A DNA stretch of 64,000 bases from the IMG/VR virus record IMGVR_UViG_3300029969_000011. The stretch is one strand, 5' to 3'. This DNA is from a virus (taxonomy: Duplodnaviria > Heunggongvirae > Uroviricota > Caudoviricetes). Below, piece by piece: positions 1 to 9,296 of the stretch (position 1 is its first letter; each line of letters begins with the position of its first letter). The notes below the pieces were generated by a model, which ran no database searches, had not been told where the DNA came from, and saw only the letters and a program-made list of their open reading frames with translations. Position numbers and translations under genes: made by a program.

Positions 1-986
1 ACCTCTTTATTGATGATAACGTATCAAGCCTTTCTAATTGTTGCCGCCTTAAGAGCGATATTCGTGACCTTGGTTACTTCAACTCTATCGGTGGTACTGC
101 ATTGAAGGTTGGTTCTGTTAAGGTTAATACAATTAACTTAGCAAGACTTGCACTTGATACAAATACTAAGGAAGAATATCTTGAAGAGCTTAAAGCAAGA
201 ATACTTTGTATTGTTCGTTCTCTTCATGTTGTTCGTCATATTATCAAGAGAGATGTCGAAAAGAAGCTTCTTCCGAATTTCTCTTATGGACTTATTGATT
301 TCGAGCACCTTTACAATACAATCGGCTTCATTGGTATCTATGAAACTATGAAGAAGTTTGGTTGTACATATCAGGATAAACTTGGTAATACATATTACAC
401 TCAGGAAGCCGCAGACTTCGGCGAGAAGATTTTCAATACTATTCGTGAAGTTGCAGACAATTTCCTTGAAGAGAATGGATATGACTATAAGATAAACACA
501 GAGCAAATCCCTGGTGAGAACGCCGCAGCCAAGCTGATGAGAAAGGATATGTTCTTCTATCCCGATGCTGACATTTATGACTTACCTCTTTATGGTAATC
601 AGTTTATGCCTCTTGGTATTAAGTCAACATTACAGGAAAGAGTTCGTGTTCAGGCTATGTTCGACGGCTTCTGTAACGGCGGCTCAATTCTTCACGCAAA
701 TATCGACGCTCCATTTAAGAACTATGAGACTGCAAGAAAGATGACAGAATATATTGCAGACCAGGGCGTTACATATTTCGCATTTAATACAAAGATACAG
801 GCTTGTGAAGACAACCACGCTTTCTATGGTACAACTTGTCCTATCTGTGGTAAGCCTATTGCAACTGAGTACACAAGAGTTGTTGGTTTCTTAACTCCAA
901 TTAATACTTGGACAAGAGAAAGAAAGGCTGAATACAAGTTAAGAAAGTGGGAGCCTGTTAACGTAAACTTTGGAGATTTAATGTAA
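1..986 (+). CDS. nrdD: Anaerobic (class III) ribonucleoside-triphosphate reductase, 5'-truncated by the window
   Basis: Frame is open from base 3: SNCCRL active-site motif, VNTINLARLA, Zn site CEDNH...CPICG, glycyl-radical motif YTRVVGFLTP; stop TAA; no TAG. Confidence 0.93.
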   Translation, partial: LFIDDNVSSLSNCCRLKSDIRDLGYFNSIGGTALKVGSVKVNTINLARLALDTNTKEEYLEELKARILCIVRSLHVVRHIIKRDVEKKLLPNFSYGLIDFEHLYNTIGFIGIYETMKKFGCTYQDKLGNTYYTQEAADFGEKIFNTIREVADNFLEENGYDYKINTEQIPGENAAAKLMRKDMFFYPDADIYDLPLYGNQFMPLGIKSTLQERVRVQAMFDGFCNGGSILHANIDAPFKNYETARKMTEYIADQGVTYFAFNTKIQACEDNHAFYGTTCPICGKPIATEYTRVVGFLTPINTWTRERKAEYKLRKWEPVNVNFGDLM

Positions 987-1348
987 TGGAAAATAAAAAA
1001 TTTTCTGAGGAAGAATTAAATCACCTTGTTGATATAGCAAGACCAGGATATATATTAACAGAAAAAGAAGCTAAAGTGGGATTAAAGAATCTTAATGATG
1101 GCGGAGTTATAACCCAAGAAAAGCTAAATGAACTTATTGAGAGGGCATTACTTCCAGTATGCCCTCCCGCTTTACCTCCTTCGGATATACTTAAAGTTGT
1201 AGATAATTATGCTTATGTTTTCCCTGTTGACCCAGAGAAACCTGTTAAAATTGTCTTTGAAGGTGAACATATGGAGGAAGAAGAAATCATTAATGCTCTT
1301 TATGAGAAGTTAAAGGAGATATGTAATGAAAATAGTAAATCTGATTGA
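986..1348 (+). CDS. Hypothetical protein (120 aa)
   Basis: ORF coupled to nrdD by a TAATG overlap; no recognisable motif. Confidence 0.65.
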   Translation: MENKKFSEEELNHLVDIARPGYILTEKEAKVGLKNLNDGGVITQEKLNELIERALLPVCPPALPPSDILKVVDNYAYVFPVDPEKPVKIVFEGEHMEEEEIINALYEKLKEICNENSKSD

Positions 1349-1847
1349 TGAAGACTTTTGTCAATATAAGAAGCCTTCTATGTTTATAGGTATGCCCAAA
1401 TGCTCATTCAAATGCGATAAGGAATGTGGAGTACAAGTTTGTCAGAACTCTGCATTGGCTAATGCGCCGCAGATTGATATGAACCCAGTAGAAATAGCAA
1501 CAAGATTTTACAATAATCCTATTTCTGAAGCAATTGTCTTTGGCGGCTTAGAGCCATTTGATAGCTTATTGGATATGTGTGAGCTGCTTTCTATTCTTTA
1601 TGCTCTTTATAATTGCTCTTTTGATATAAAACAAGCTCCAGATATAGTTATCTATACTGGCTATTATCCGAATGAAATAAAAGATAAGCTGGAAACATTG
1701 AGAGTATATGAGGATATGAATATCATAATTAAATTCGGAAGATTTATTCCGAACAAACCAAGCCGCTTTGATGAGTTGCTTGGAGTTGAGTTGGCAAGTG
1801 ATAATCAGTATGCTATGAGGCTGGAGGATATTACCGATGACGAGTGA
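1326..1847 (+). CDS. nrdG: Anaerobic RNR activating enzyme (radical SAM)
   Basis: CSFKCDKEC...CQN Cys cluster, FGGLEPF, IVIYTGY; sits downstream of nrdD. Confidence 0.85.
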   Translation: MKIVNLIDEDFCQYKKPSMFIGMPKCSFKCDKECGVQVCQNSALANAPQIDMNPVEIATRFYNNPISEAIVFGGLEPFDSLLDMCELLSILYALYNCSFDIKQAPDIVIYTGYYPNEIKDKLETLRVYEDMNIIIKFGRFIPNKPSRFDELLGVELASDNQYAMRLEDITDDE

Positions 1848-2040
1848 TGGAAGATAGCCTGGTGCTCTTTGTCGTATGGAGAGAATAATAGAGAATAAAG
1901 ACATAAGAGTACCTTTTAATAATGAAAAAAATGCGTAGATATGTTTCATTGACCCGCATACTATGACGCCATATGAGAATGGAACTATCATAAGCGCTGG
2001 AACAGCATTTTTTAGATATACGGAGGGAGAACCAGGATGA
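1837..2040 (+). CDS. 67-aa protein (2 in-frame TAG) resembling a subdomain of the tail-tube paralogs
   Basis: GGAGGA RBS at 1823-1828. Translation MTSDGRQPGALCRMERIIENKDIRVPFNNEKNAQICFIDPHTMTPYENGTIISAGTAFFRYTEGEPG; TGA stop overlaps the next ATG. Not in the ORF track. Confidence 0.7.
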
Positions 2041-2261
2041 AAATGAAAGTTAATGATGATATAGTTCTTGTTGGCGAAATTCGTGCCGCCCTCAAGAAAA
2101 ATAAAGAGTTGTATGGTAAGTTCTATTGTCCTTGTGTACCTACCTTTAAATATAATACACAGAATGATTAGGACTATGTATGTCCTTGCAAAGATTTCCG
2201 TGAGAATGTAAAGTGCGGTGATACTTGTCACTGTGGACTTTACGTAAAGGAGGAAGAATAA
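2037..2261 (+). CDS. Ferredoxin-thioredoxin reductase catalytic (beta) chain-like protein, 74 aa, TAG read-through at 2169
   Basis: Motifs YCPC...VCPC...CHCGLY match the CPC/CPC/CHC signature of FTR; GGAGGG RBS. Missed by the ORF track. Confidence 0.85.
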
Positions 2262-2371
2262 TGTTTTGGGTAGGATGTGCTATTTTTATAATTGGTTTTG
2301 GATTTGGACTTAGTTGTCGTGATGATTTCTCTGGAGAGAATAAAAAGCCCTGGCAAGATAAAGATGAGTGA
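2261..2371 (+). CDS. Small putative membrane protein (36 aa)
   Basis: MFWVGCAIFIIGFGFGLSC... hydrophobic N-terminus; TAATG overlap with the preceding gene. Confidence 0.45.
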   Translation: MFWVGCAIFIIGFGFGLSCRDDFSGENKKPWQDKDE

Positions 2372-2382
2372 GGAGAATAAAG

Positions 2383-2715
2383 ATGAGCGATTTTAAATGT
2401 GACCACTGTATATGTAAAACTTGTTTAATTGCAGAAGTGAATGGCGGTGCGCCCGGCTGTGGAGATTGCTATAGATGTATGAGCGATAAAGAGAATGACC
2501 ATCCAGGTCAATGCACTAACTGCCCTGATTATTATAATACAGATACTGCAAAAGGTTTATCATTACATTATTTATTTAGTAAAATGGCTGGAGACAACGA
2601 TAAACTTGAAGAAGAATATTGGGCTGAACTTGGTAAAGCCATAGCTGAAGATATAGACAAAAATTTTGTAGATGTAAAGGAGGCTGCAAATGGTAACAAT
2701 AGTTCAAGGGAATAA
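2383..2715 (+). CDS. Cys-rich hypothetical protein
   Basis: GGAGAA RBS, then ATG at 2383; CDHCICKTC...CGDCYRC...CTNC. Confidence 0.6.
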   Translation: MSDFKCDHCICKTCLIAEVNGGAPGCGDCYRCMSDKENDHPGQCTNCPDYYNTDTAKGLSLHYLFSKMAGDNDKLEEEYWAELGKAIAEDIDKNFVDVKEAANGNNSSRE

Positions 2716-2956
2716 AAATATATTAAAAGATTACAGATATTTCAAATGTAGGACTTGCGGTTGGGCAGGAAAAGCTGAAAAAGGTGAATATCATTATGGC
2801 GACCAGAGAGAACCTGAATGTTGGATGAAATGTCCTTGTTGTAAAAGTGCTGCTTGTGAGGTTACTGCACAAAGCGAAATCCAATTTTTAATGGAGAAAG
2901 AAAAAGAAGATAATTATGCACATCAAATTCTCCATTATCCTCCAGGAGCAAGGTAA
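2690..2956 (+). CDS. Small Zn-ribbon protein
   Basis: CRTC and CPCC pairs; AAGGAGG RBS. Confidence 0.6.
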   Translation: MVTIVQGNKNILKDYRYFKCRTCGWAGKAEKGEYHYGDQREPECWMKCPCCKSAACEVTAQSEIQFLMEKEKEDNYAHQILHYPPGAR

Positions 2957-2972
2957 TTAAATAAACAAAGCG

Positions 2973-3000
2973 GTCAAGATTTAATATCTTGACTTTTTTG
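2973..3000 (+). terminator. Intrinsic terminator overlapping the -35 box of the next promoter
   Basis: GTCAAGAT-ttaat-ATCTTGAC followed by TTTTTT. Confidence 0.65.
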
Positions 3001-3017
3001 TTGATATATGATATAAT
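2989..3017 (+). promoter_or_regulatory. sigmaA-type promoter for gyrB
   Basis: TTGACT-N17-TATAAT with extended TG. Confidence 0.85.
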
Positions 3018-3048
3018 TATATAGAAATTAAAATAAAGGAGGAATTTA

Positions 3049-4911
3049 ATGAGCTACGGCGTAGAAGATATTAAATCATTAAGTGCCGGCCGCGCTTTCA
3101 GAGAAAAGCTTGGTATGTACCTCTGTGGTGATAAGCAGAAGGCTATCAATCTTGGTTTGAGAGAGCTGGTAGTTAATGTACAAGATGAATATGAAGTATA
3201 TCAGCCTGCAAATCCTTATTGTAAGTTAACTCTTGACTCTAAGACAGGAATTATCAGATGTGAGGATAATGCGAGAGGTATTCCAGTTGGTGTTCGTAGT
3301 GACGGCATAAACTCTTTAACTGCGGCATTTCTTATTCCCCATAGTGGTGGTAAGCACACCGAAGGAGCATACTCTTCAGCAGTTGGTATCAATGGTGAAG
3401 GTAATAAAATTGTTTGTCATACTGCGGAATGGCTTGAGGTTGAAGTCCACAGAGACGGAAACATTTACAAGCAGAGATTTGAGTCAGACGATGAGGGCGC
3501 ACACCCTACTTCAGACGTTCAGATTATTGGTAAAGCAAATGATACTGGTACAATAATTACCTATAAACCAGACCCAAAGATTTACGGAGATATTTTCATT
3601 GATACAGAGTCTTTTGAGGCGATGTTGAAGAATATGAGTCTATTCTCTAAGGGATTATCATTCATTTTCATCGTTGACGGCAAGGAAAAGACATTCTATT
3701 CTAAGAACGGTCTTATTGACGGTCTTAGTAAAGACAACGTTATGTTCCGTCCATTTTCATATTTTTATGAGACTCCCGATTGTAAGGTTGAATTTGCTTT
3801 ACAGTGGGTTACAAAGAAGGGTAATTTAAGAGGCTATGCTAACTCACTTTACGTTCCTAATGGCGGTAAGTTTATGAGTCAGTTTAAGTCCTCTCTTACA
3901 AGAACTTTTAATTCATTAGCTAAGTCTAAGTTTGAAGGTGAACAGATAAGAAATCTTCTTGACGGATTCGTTTCAGTTAAGGTTAAGGTAGGTCAGTGGT
4001 CTAACCAGCAGAAGGACTCACTTGAAAACCCTGAAGCTGGTACTGCGACATCAGCAGCTATATCTGCTTGCCTTAAGGAGTTCCAGATGGCTCGTCCAGA
4101 AGACTTCAATAAGGTTGTAGAGCTTTTAACTAAGCTTGATAAAGCAGACCGTGCCGCTGAAAGAGAACGTCAGAAGGTTCTTAACGCTGGTAAGGAAATT
4201 GAGAAAGAAACTAAGAAGAAATCAGTAATGGTTGATAAGCTTCTTGATTGTAGAAATCACGATGAAAATTCAATCATCTACATCTGTGAGGGAGATTCTG
4301 CGCTTGGTTCTTTCACAAACTCTCGTGACAGTGAATATGTTGCCGCGATACCAGTTCGTGGTAAGATTATCAACGCATTGAAAAATGCACTTGATGAGGT
4401 ACTTGAAAATCAAGAGGTTCAAGATATAGCTAAGGCTCTTGGCTGTGGAATCTTGGATAAGGTAAATTTAAAGAAACTCCGTTATGGTAAAGTTGCTATT
4501 GCGGCGGATGCTGACCCTGACGGTTTCGATATTGTATGCTTGCTCCTTGTATTATTCTATGTACTTATGCCAGAAGTTATACAGGCAGGTAAGTTATATT
4601 GGGCACAGTTCCCACTTTACGAAGTAACTATTGGTAAAGAGTTAGTATTTGCATACGATGATGAAGAGCTCGAACAAATAGTAGCAAAACATCCTGGTGC
4701 AGTCTATACTCGTAACAAAGGACTTGGTGAAATGGACCCCGATGTATTCGCACTTGCAGCTTATGGCGAAAACGCAAGACTCATTCAATTTACTATTGAA
4801 GATGCTGAGGAGGCTGCTCGCATTCTCAATGTTCTTCTTGGTACAGAGAATGAAGAGCGTACAGATTACATTTTCAGCCACGTTGATTTCTCTGTGGTTG
4901 ATGGAGAATAA
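3049..4911 (+). CDS. gyrB: Type IIA topoisomerase/gyrase subunit B
   Basis: GHKL ATPase motifs (ELVVNVQDE, DNARGIP, GINGEG), TOPRIM ICEGDSA, PVRGK, DADPDG, NKGLGEM; no TAG. Confidence 0.92.
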   Translation: MSYGVEDIKSLSAGRAFREKLGMYLCGDKQKAINLGLRELVVNVQDEYEVYQPANPYCKLTLDSKTGIIRCEDNARGIPVGVRSDGINSLTAAFLIPHSGGKHTEGAYSSAVGINGEGNKIVCHTAEWLEVEVHRDGNIYKQRFESDDEGAHPTSDVQIIGKANDTGTIITYKPDPKIYGDIFIDTESFEAMLKNMSLFSKGLSFIFIVDGKEKTFYSKNGLIDGLSKDNVMFRPFSYFYETPDCKVEFALQWVTKKGNLRGYANSLYVPNGGKFMSQFKSSLTRTFNSLAKSKFEGEQIRNLLDGFVSVKVKVGQWSNQQKDSLENPEAGTATSAAISACLKEFQMARPEDFNKVVELLTKLDKADRAAERERQKVLNAGKEIEKETKKKSVMVDKLLDCRNHDENSIIYICEGDSALGSFTNSRDSEYVAAIPVRGKIINALKNALDEVLENQEVQDIAKALGCGILDKVNLKKLRYGKVAIAADADPDGFDIVCLLLVLFYVLMPEVIQAGKLYWAQFPLYEVTIGKELVFAYDDEELEQIVAKHPGAVYTRNKGLGEMDPDVFALAAYGENARLIQFTIEDAEEAARILNVLLGTENEERTDYIFSHVDFSVVDGE

Positions 4912-4936
4912 GGGAGAAGATAACTTCTCCTTTATT
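4912..4936 (+). terminator. Intrinsic terminator after gyrB
   Basis: GGAGAAG-ataa-CTTCTCC followed by TTTATTT. Confidence 0.6.
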
Positions 4937-4964
4937 TGATTTTTCAAATAAAATGTGATATAAT
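4936..4964 (+). promoter_or_regulatory. sigmaA-type promoter for gyrA
   Basis: TTGATT-N17-TATAAT with extended TG. Confidence 0.75.
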
Positions 4965-4983
4965 ATAGAAAAGGAGTGAGAAA

Positions 4984-7374
4984 ATGAAGATAATTTCTAA
5001 AGAAATTCGAGAAGCTGTACCTGAAGCTTATCTTCCTTTCAGTGCTTATGTTATTCAGACAAGAGCATTACCTGATGCTCGTGACTGTTTAAAGACTGGC
5101 GGTAGATATATTCTTTGGTCACAGTATCTCCAAAAGAACACTTATGATAAAAATAGAAAGAAAGGTCCTGACGTTGTTGGTCCTGTATCACACTGGAATC
5201 CACACGGTGATGCAGGTATTTGGGATAATATCGTAAGATTTGCAAAGCCATTCTCTATGAGATATTGTCTTGAAGATACAAAGGGAAATGTCGGCTCTAT
5301 GAGACTCGGTAAGGACCACGCAGCTCCCCGTTATCTTGAACTTCGTAGCTCAGAAATTGCAAATGAGTTTACAAAGCTCATTAAAAAAGATGCGGTAGAA
5401 CATTGGAAGTTAAACTATTCTGGTGAAGATAAATACCCTTCCGTATTCCCAACTTTATTCCCTAACTTTGTAAATGGTAATACTGGTATTGGTGTTGGAT
5501 GTGCAAGTAGTATCCCTTGCTTCAATCTATCTGAAGCCATTAATTCTTTGAAGATATTGGTTAATAATAGAGACGCAAGCTATGATGAGATTTATATTGC
5601 ACCTGACTTCCCTACTGGAGCTACAATTATAAATGGTGAAGCTGTAAAGGAATCATTACGTACTGGCCGCGGCAGAGCAGTAAAGCTCAGAGCAGTCATT
5701 GAATATGATGAAACAAAGAATGAACTTGAAATTCAGCAAGTACCATATCAGGTTTATACTGGAAGAGTTACTAAGCAGATTGAAGAAGCAATAGCTGAAG
5801 GTAAGTTGCTTGGTATCAAGAGCTTCTATGACGGTACTGATAGGTCTTGTGGTAAGTATGGTACTAAAATTATAATTACTTTAAATAAAGGAACTAATGT
5901 TAAGCAGTTAGTTCGTCAGCTTTATAAGGAAACTTCACTTCAATCTACTTTTACTGTTTGTCAGCTTATGCTTGAAAATGGTACAAAGCCAAAACAGTAT
6001 GGTTTGAAAGAAATGATGTTGGCATACCTTGACCATGCTATGGACTGCTTAAAGCGTTCTTATATCTTTGATTATAATAAGGTTAAGAAAACTCTCAATA
6101 TCAAAGAGGGTTATCTTATAGCGATTGCTCACATTGATGAAGTTGTCCAGTTAATCAAATCTGCTGAATCAGAAGCTTCACTTATCAAGACTTTTGAGGA
6201 TAAATATGGTCTTAATGAAGAACAATCTAAGGCTATTATTGACCTTAAGTTAAGAAGCTTAATGAAATTAGAGCATATTAAGATTGAAAAGGAACTTGAA
6301 AAATTAAGAATTGAAGCTGAAGGACTCGATACTCTTATTAATGATGAGGCCGCTTTTAAGGCAGCATTTATCGCAGAGCTCGACAGAATTGATAAGAAGT
6401 GGGGAGACTCTCGTAGAACTACTGTACTTAATCTCAATTGTGATGATGAAAAGGAAGATGCAGAGCCTATCGAGAAGAAGGAACTTCTTATATACTACAC
6501 TAATCTTGGCAACATTTATACCGTAGAAAGCTCTACTCTTATGAAAACGCGCCGCGGTGGCAAGGGTTCTAAGATTAAGATGGCAGATAATGAAGCAATC
6601 GTCAAGACAATTAATGATGACAACTTTAGCTCATTAATGATATTCTCTAACCTTGGACAGGCATATGCGTTGTCTATTGACGACCTTCCTGTAAATTCAA
6701 AGGTTAATGTAGCACAGCTATTCGATTTCAAACCTGACGAAAAGCCTACAACTATTACCTCAGTAAATCGTAGAAACGGTATCGAATACTATGTCTTTGT
6801 AACTAAGAACGGTATGATTAAGAAGACTGCGGGCGAGGAGTACAACTTTAAGAGAGGTAAGGCTCTTAAGGCAATCAATCTTAAAGACGGCGATGAAGTT
6901 GTAAATGTTCTCTTTATGAAGAACGAACAAGTCGGAATCTTGACAAATAACGGAAATTTTGTTAAAATAAATACAGAAGATATAAATGCAATAGGAAGAG
7001 CAACAGCAGGTGTCAAGGCTATTAAGCTTAATGACGATGACTATGTAATTGACGCAAAAATAATCGACGAAAAGGATAAGTATATGATTACACTTTCTGA
7101 ACGTGGCTTGATTAAGAAAGCTTCTATGAGCGAGTTCCCAGTTTGTGGCCGCCCCATCAAGGGTAAGAAGATTTCTGACACAAGAGACGGAGACAAAATA
7201 GTCAAATTCTTGACTTTAAATGAAGAAAGTGATATAATAATTATAGTAAAACGAAAGAACATAAAAATATCAACTTCTGAGTTAAGAGAGCTCACTCGCA
7301 ATGCTACTGGCGTAAAAGCTATAAACATTGATGAAGGCGACATAGCTTCAGATTTAGTGAGGGGATAGGAATGA
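4984..7374 (+). CDS. gyrA: Type IIA topoisomerase/gyrase subunit A with beta-pinwheel CTD; under code 15 it ends at TGA 7372-7374
   Basis: RALPDARDCLK, HPHG-like NPHGD, catalytic AAPRY, VNGNTGIGVG, GyrA-box-like RRGGKG, repeated (R/K)xxxG blades. The TAG at 7366 is followed by GAA TGA overlapping the next ATG. Confidence 0.92.
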
Positions 7375-7808
7375 GTATCGAAACTAAAATCGAAAAGATA
7401 AAGGCGGAGAAGGAGAGTGCCATTGAGGCACTCAACCTCTACCTTGATTCTATATACAATATGACTGACAGATTCTTCGATAACCAGATATAGGAAGTAG
7501 ATGGTGAGAAAAAGGTGGTCCGTGTTCTTAAAGAAGGACTGGAACCTGATGAGAAGATTGAAGGATTTGTAAAGGAATTAAACTCTGATGCAAGTGCGTA
7601 TGAAAATGTTAGAGGAAAGTTATTGTCTGACGACTTTAATTTGTCCCTCACTGAAATCGCAAGAATAGGACTTGCTTTTACTTTCGCAGGAATAGTAATC
7701 CAAAAGAGAGTGGAAGAAAGTCAGAGAGCGCTTGCCCAAATCAAGACGACAATTGACGTTTTGATGGAAGGAGAAACTCAAAATGTTGACTTTTCCAAAG
7801 AAGTTTGA
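7371..7808 (+). CDS. Hypothetical helical protein (145 aa, TAG at codon 41)
   Basis: ATG at 7371 is in frame with track ORF 7515-7808 through TAG 7491. Confidence 0.7.
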
Positions 7809-7814
7809 TATAAT
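7786..7814 (+). promoter_or_regulatory. sigmaA-type promoter
   Basis: TTGACT-N17-TATAAT with extended TG. Confidence 0.8.
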
Positions 7815-7873
7815 ATATATAGAAAATCAAACAAAGGCATAAGACCTTTGAGGAAAAGGAATAAGTTGAAAAT

Positions 7874-7902
7874 TTGACTTTTAATTCCGATTGTGTTATA
7901 AT
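7874..7902 (+). promoter_or_regulatory. sigmaA-type promoter (tandem with the 7786 promoter)
   Basis: TTGACT-N17-TATAAT with extended TG. Confidence 0.8.
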
Positions 7903-7995
7903 TATTAAGGTAAATAAATAGCAATATGTGGAAAACCCACCTGCTATTTTATTTAATACATTTTAAATTTTAAATTTTTAAAGGAGTGATTTACA

Positions 7996-8265
7996 ATGGC
8001 AACAAAGATGACTGAAGGTTCAAGAAAGGTATTTGAGTATCTCAAGGCAGCAGGCGCAGGTGTCGCTTTCACAACTAAGTAGGTATAGGAAGCTCTCGGA
8101 TTCGAGAAGGCTGGTTCTGTAACTGGTTCTGTTACTGGTCTTTGCAAGAAGGGCTACGCAGAGAGATTTACAGAGACTGTTGAGGATGAGAACGGCAAGA
8201 AGACTGAGGTTAAGAAGTTCGCTCTTACTGAGGCTGGCGCTAACTTCGACCCAGATGCTGAATAA
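7996..8265 (+). CDS. Small winged-helix DNA-binding protein (89 aa, TAG at codons 29 and 31)
   Basis: AAGGAGTGA RBS; MATKMTEGSRKVFEYLKAAGAGVAFTTKQVQEALGFEKAGSVTGSVTGLCKKGYAER...KKFALTEAG fits a wHTH pattern; codon usage typical of a highly expressed gene. Missed by the track. Confidence 0.75.
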
Positions 8266-8286
8266 TTGAAGTCAGACGAATTTAAA

Positions 8287-8315
8287 AGGGCGATATAACT
8301 ATCGCCCTAAATTTT
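8287..8315 (+). terminator. Intrinsic terminator
   Basis: AGGGCGATA-taac-TATCGCCCT followed by aaatttt. Confidence 0.6.
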
Positions 8316-8350
8316 ACTAAGAAAAAATATCCCAGACGGAGGAAATGTAA

Positions 8351-9256
8351 ATGTTAAATATCGAAAAAACTCAGAGTGATAATTCAGTATATATGAGCGG
8401 CGTTCTTAATGAACTTGACATAACCACAGGCCAGTCTAAGGACGGCAAAGAGTGGATTCGTGGTACAGCAGTAATTAAGTGCGATTAGGAGATTAACGGA
8501 GTTCCCGTTGAGTGCCTTGGCACAGTAAAGATGTTCTCTATGAGATTGAAGAAGGACGGAGACCTTAATAAGGTTTACGACAGAATCCTTGGCTATAAGG
8601 AGAAGTTCACCTCAGAGGCAGCTGCTGATGAAGACCATCCAGCTTCTAAGGTTACTGTAACTGGTCAGCTTGAAGAGAATATTTGGATTGACAGCACTAC
8701 AGGTAAGGAGCGCTCTACTTTCCAGATTAGTTCTAACTTCTTAAATGACAAGAGAGAAGGCGACGAAGATGGTATTAAGTTCCAGCTTTCAGGTGTCGTA
8801 CTTAATGACCCTACAAATGCTGATGAAATCGACAAGAATGATGAGCCTACAGGCAGAATCCGTATCAAGTTCGGCGTAATCGGTTACGGCGGCAAGATTA
8901 ACGTTCTTGACCTTTATGCTTCTGAAGGTGCAAAGAGCCACATTCAGGACAGCTGGAATAAGGAAGACACAGTTAAGGTAACTGGTCGTGTTAATGTAAC
9001 AAAGAAAATTGAGCAGATAGAGGAAAAGCAGGGCTTTGGTGAGTCTATCATCAAGACTCGTACTATTTCTACTAAGGAGCTTATCATAACTGGTGGTTCT
9101 GCTTCTGGTCTTGAGGAAGAGCTTTCATATGACAGCGATTCCATTAAGAAGGCATTAGGAGACCGTAGAGCTAAGATAGACGAATTAATTGAAAATAGTA
9201 AGAACTCTACATCAAAGGCAGCTCCAAAGAATAAGAGTACTGATTTCGGATTTTAA
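8351..9256 (+). CDS. Putative single-stranded DNA-binding protein (tandem OB folds), 301 aa, TAG at codon 46
   Basis: GGAGG RBS and ATG at 8351 in frame with the track ORF; beta-rich OB-like halves (VTVTGQL, VKVTGRV); acidic/aromatic tail STDFGF; lies before the AAA ATPase and helicase. Confidence 0.65.
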
Positions 9257-9269
9257 TTAATCCGAAATC
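9242..9269 (+). other. Hairpin spanning the SSB stop codon
   Basis: GATTTCGGAT-N8-ATCCGAAATC. Confidence 0.45.
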
Positions 9270-9296
9270 TAACTTTATATCAAAGGAGTGATTTAA

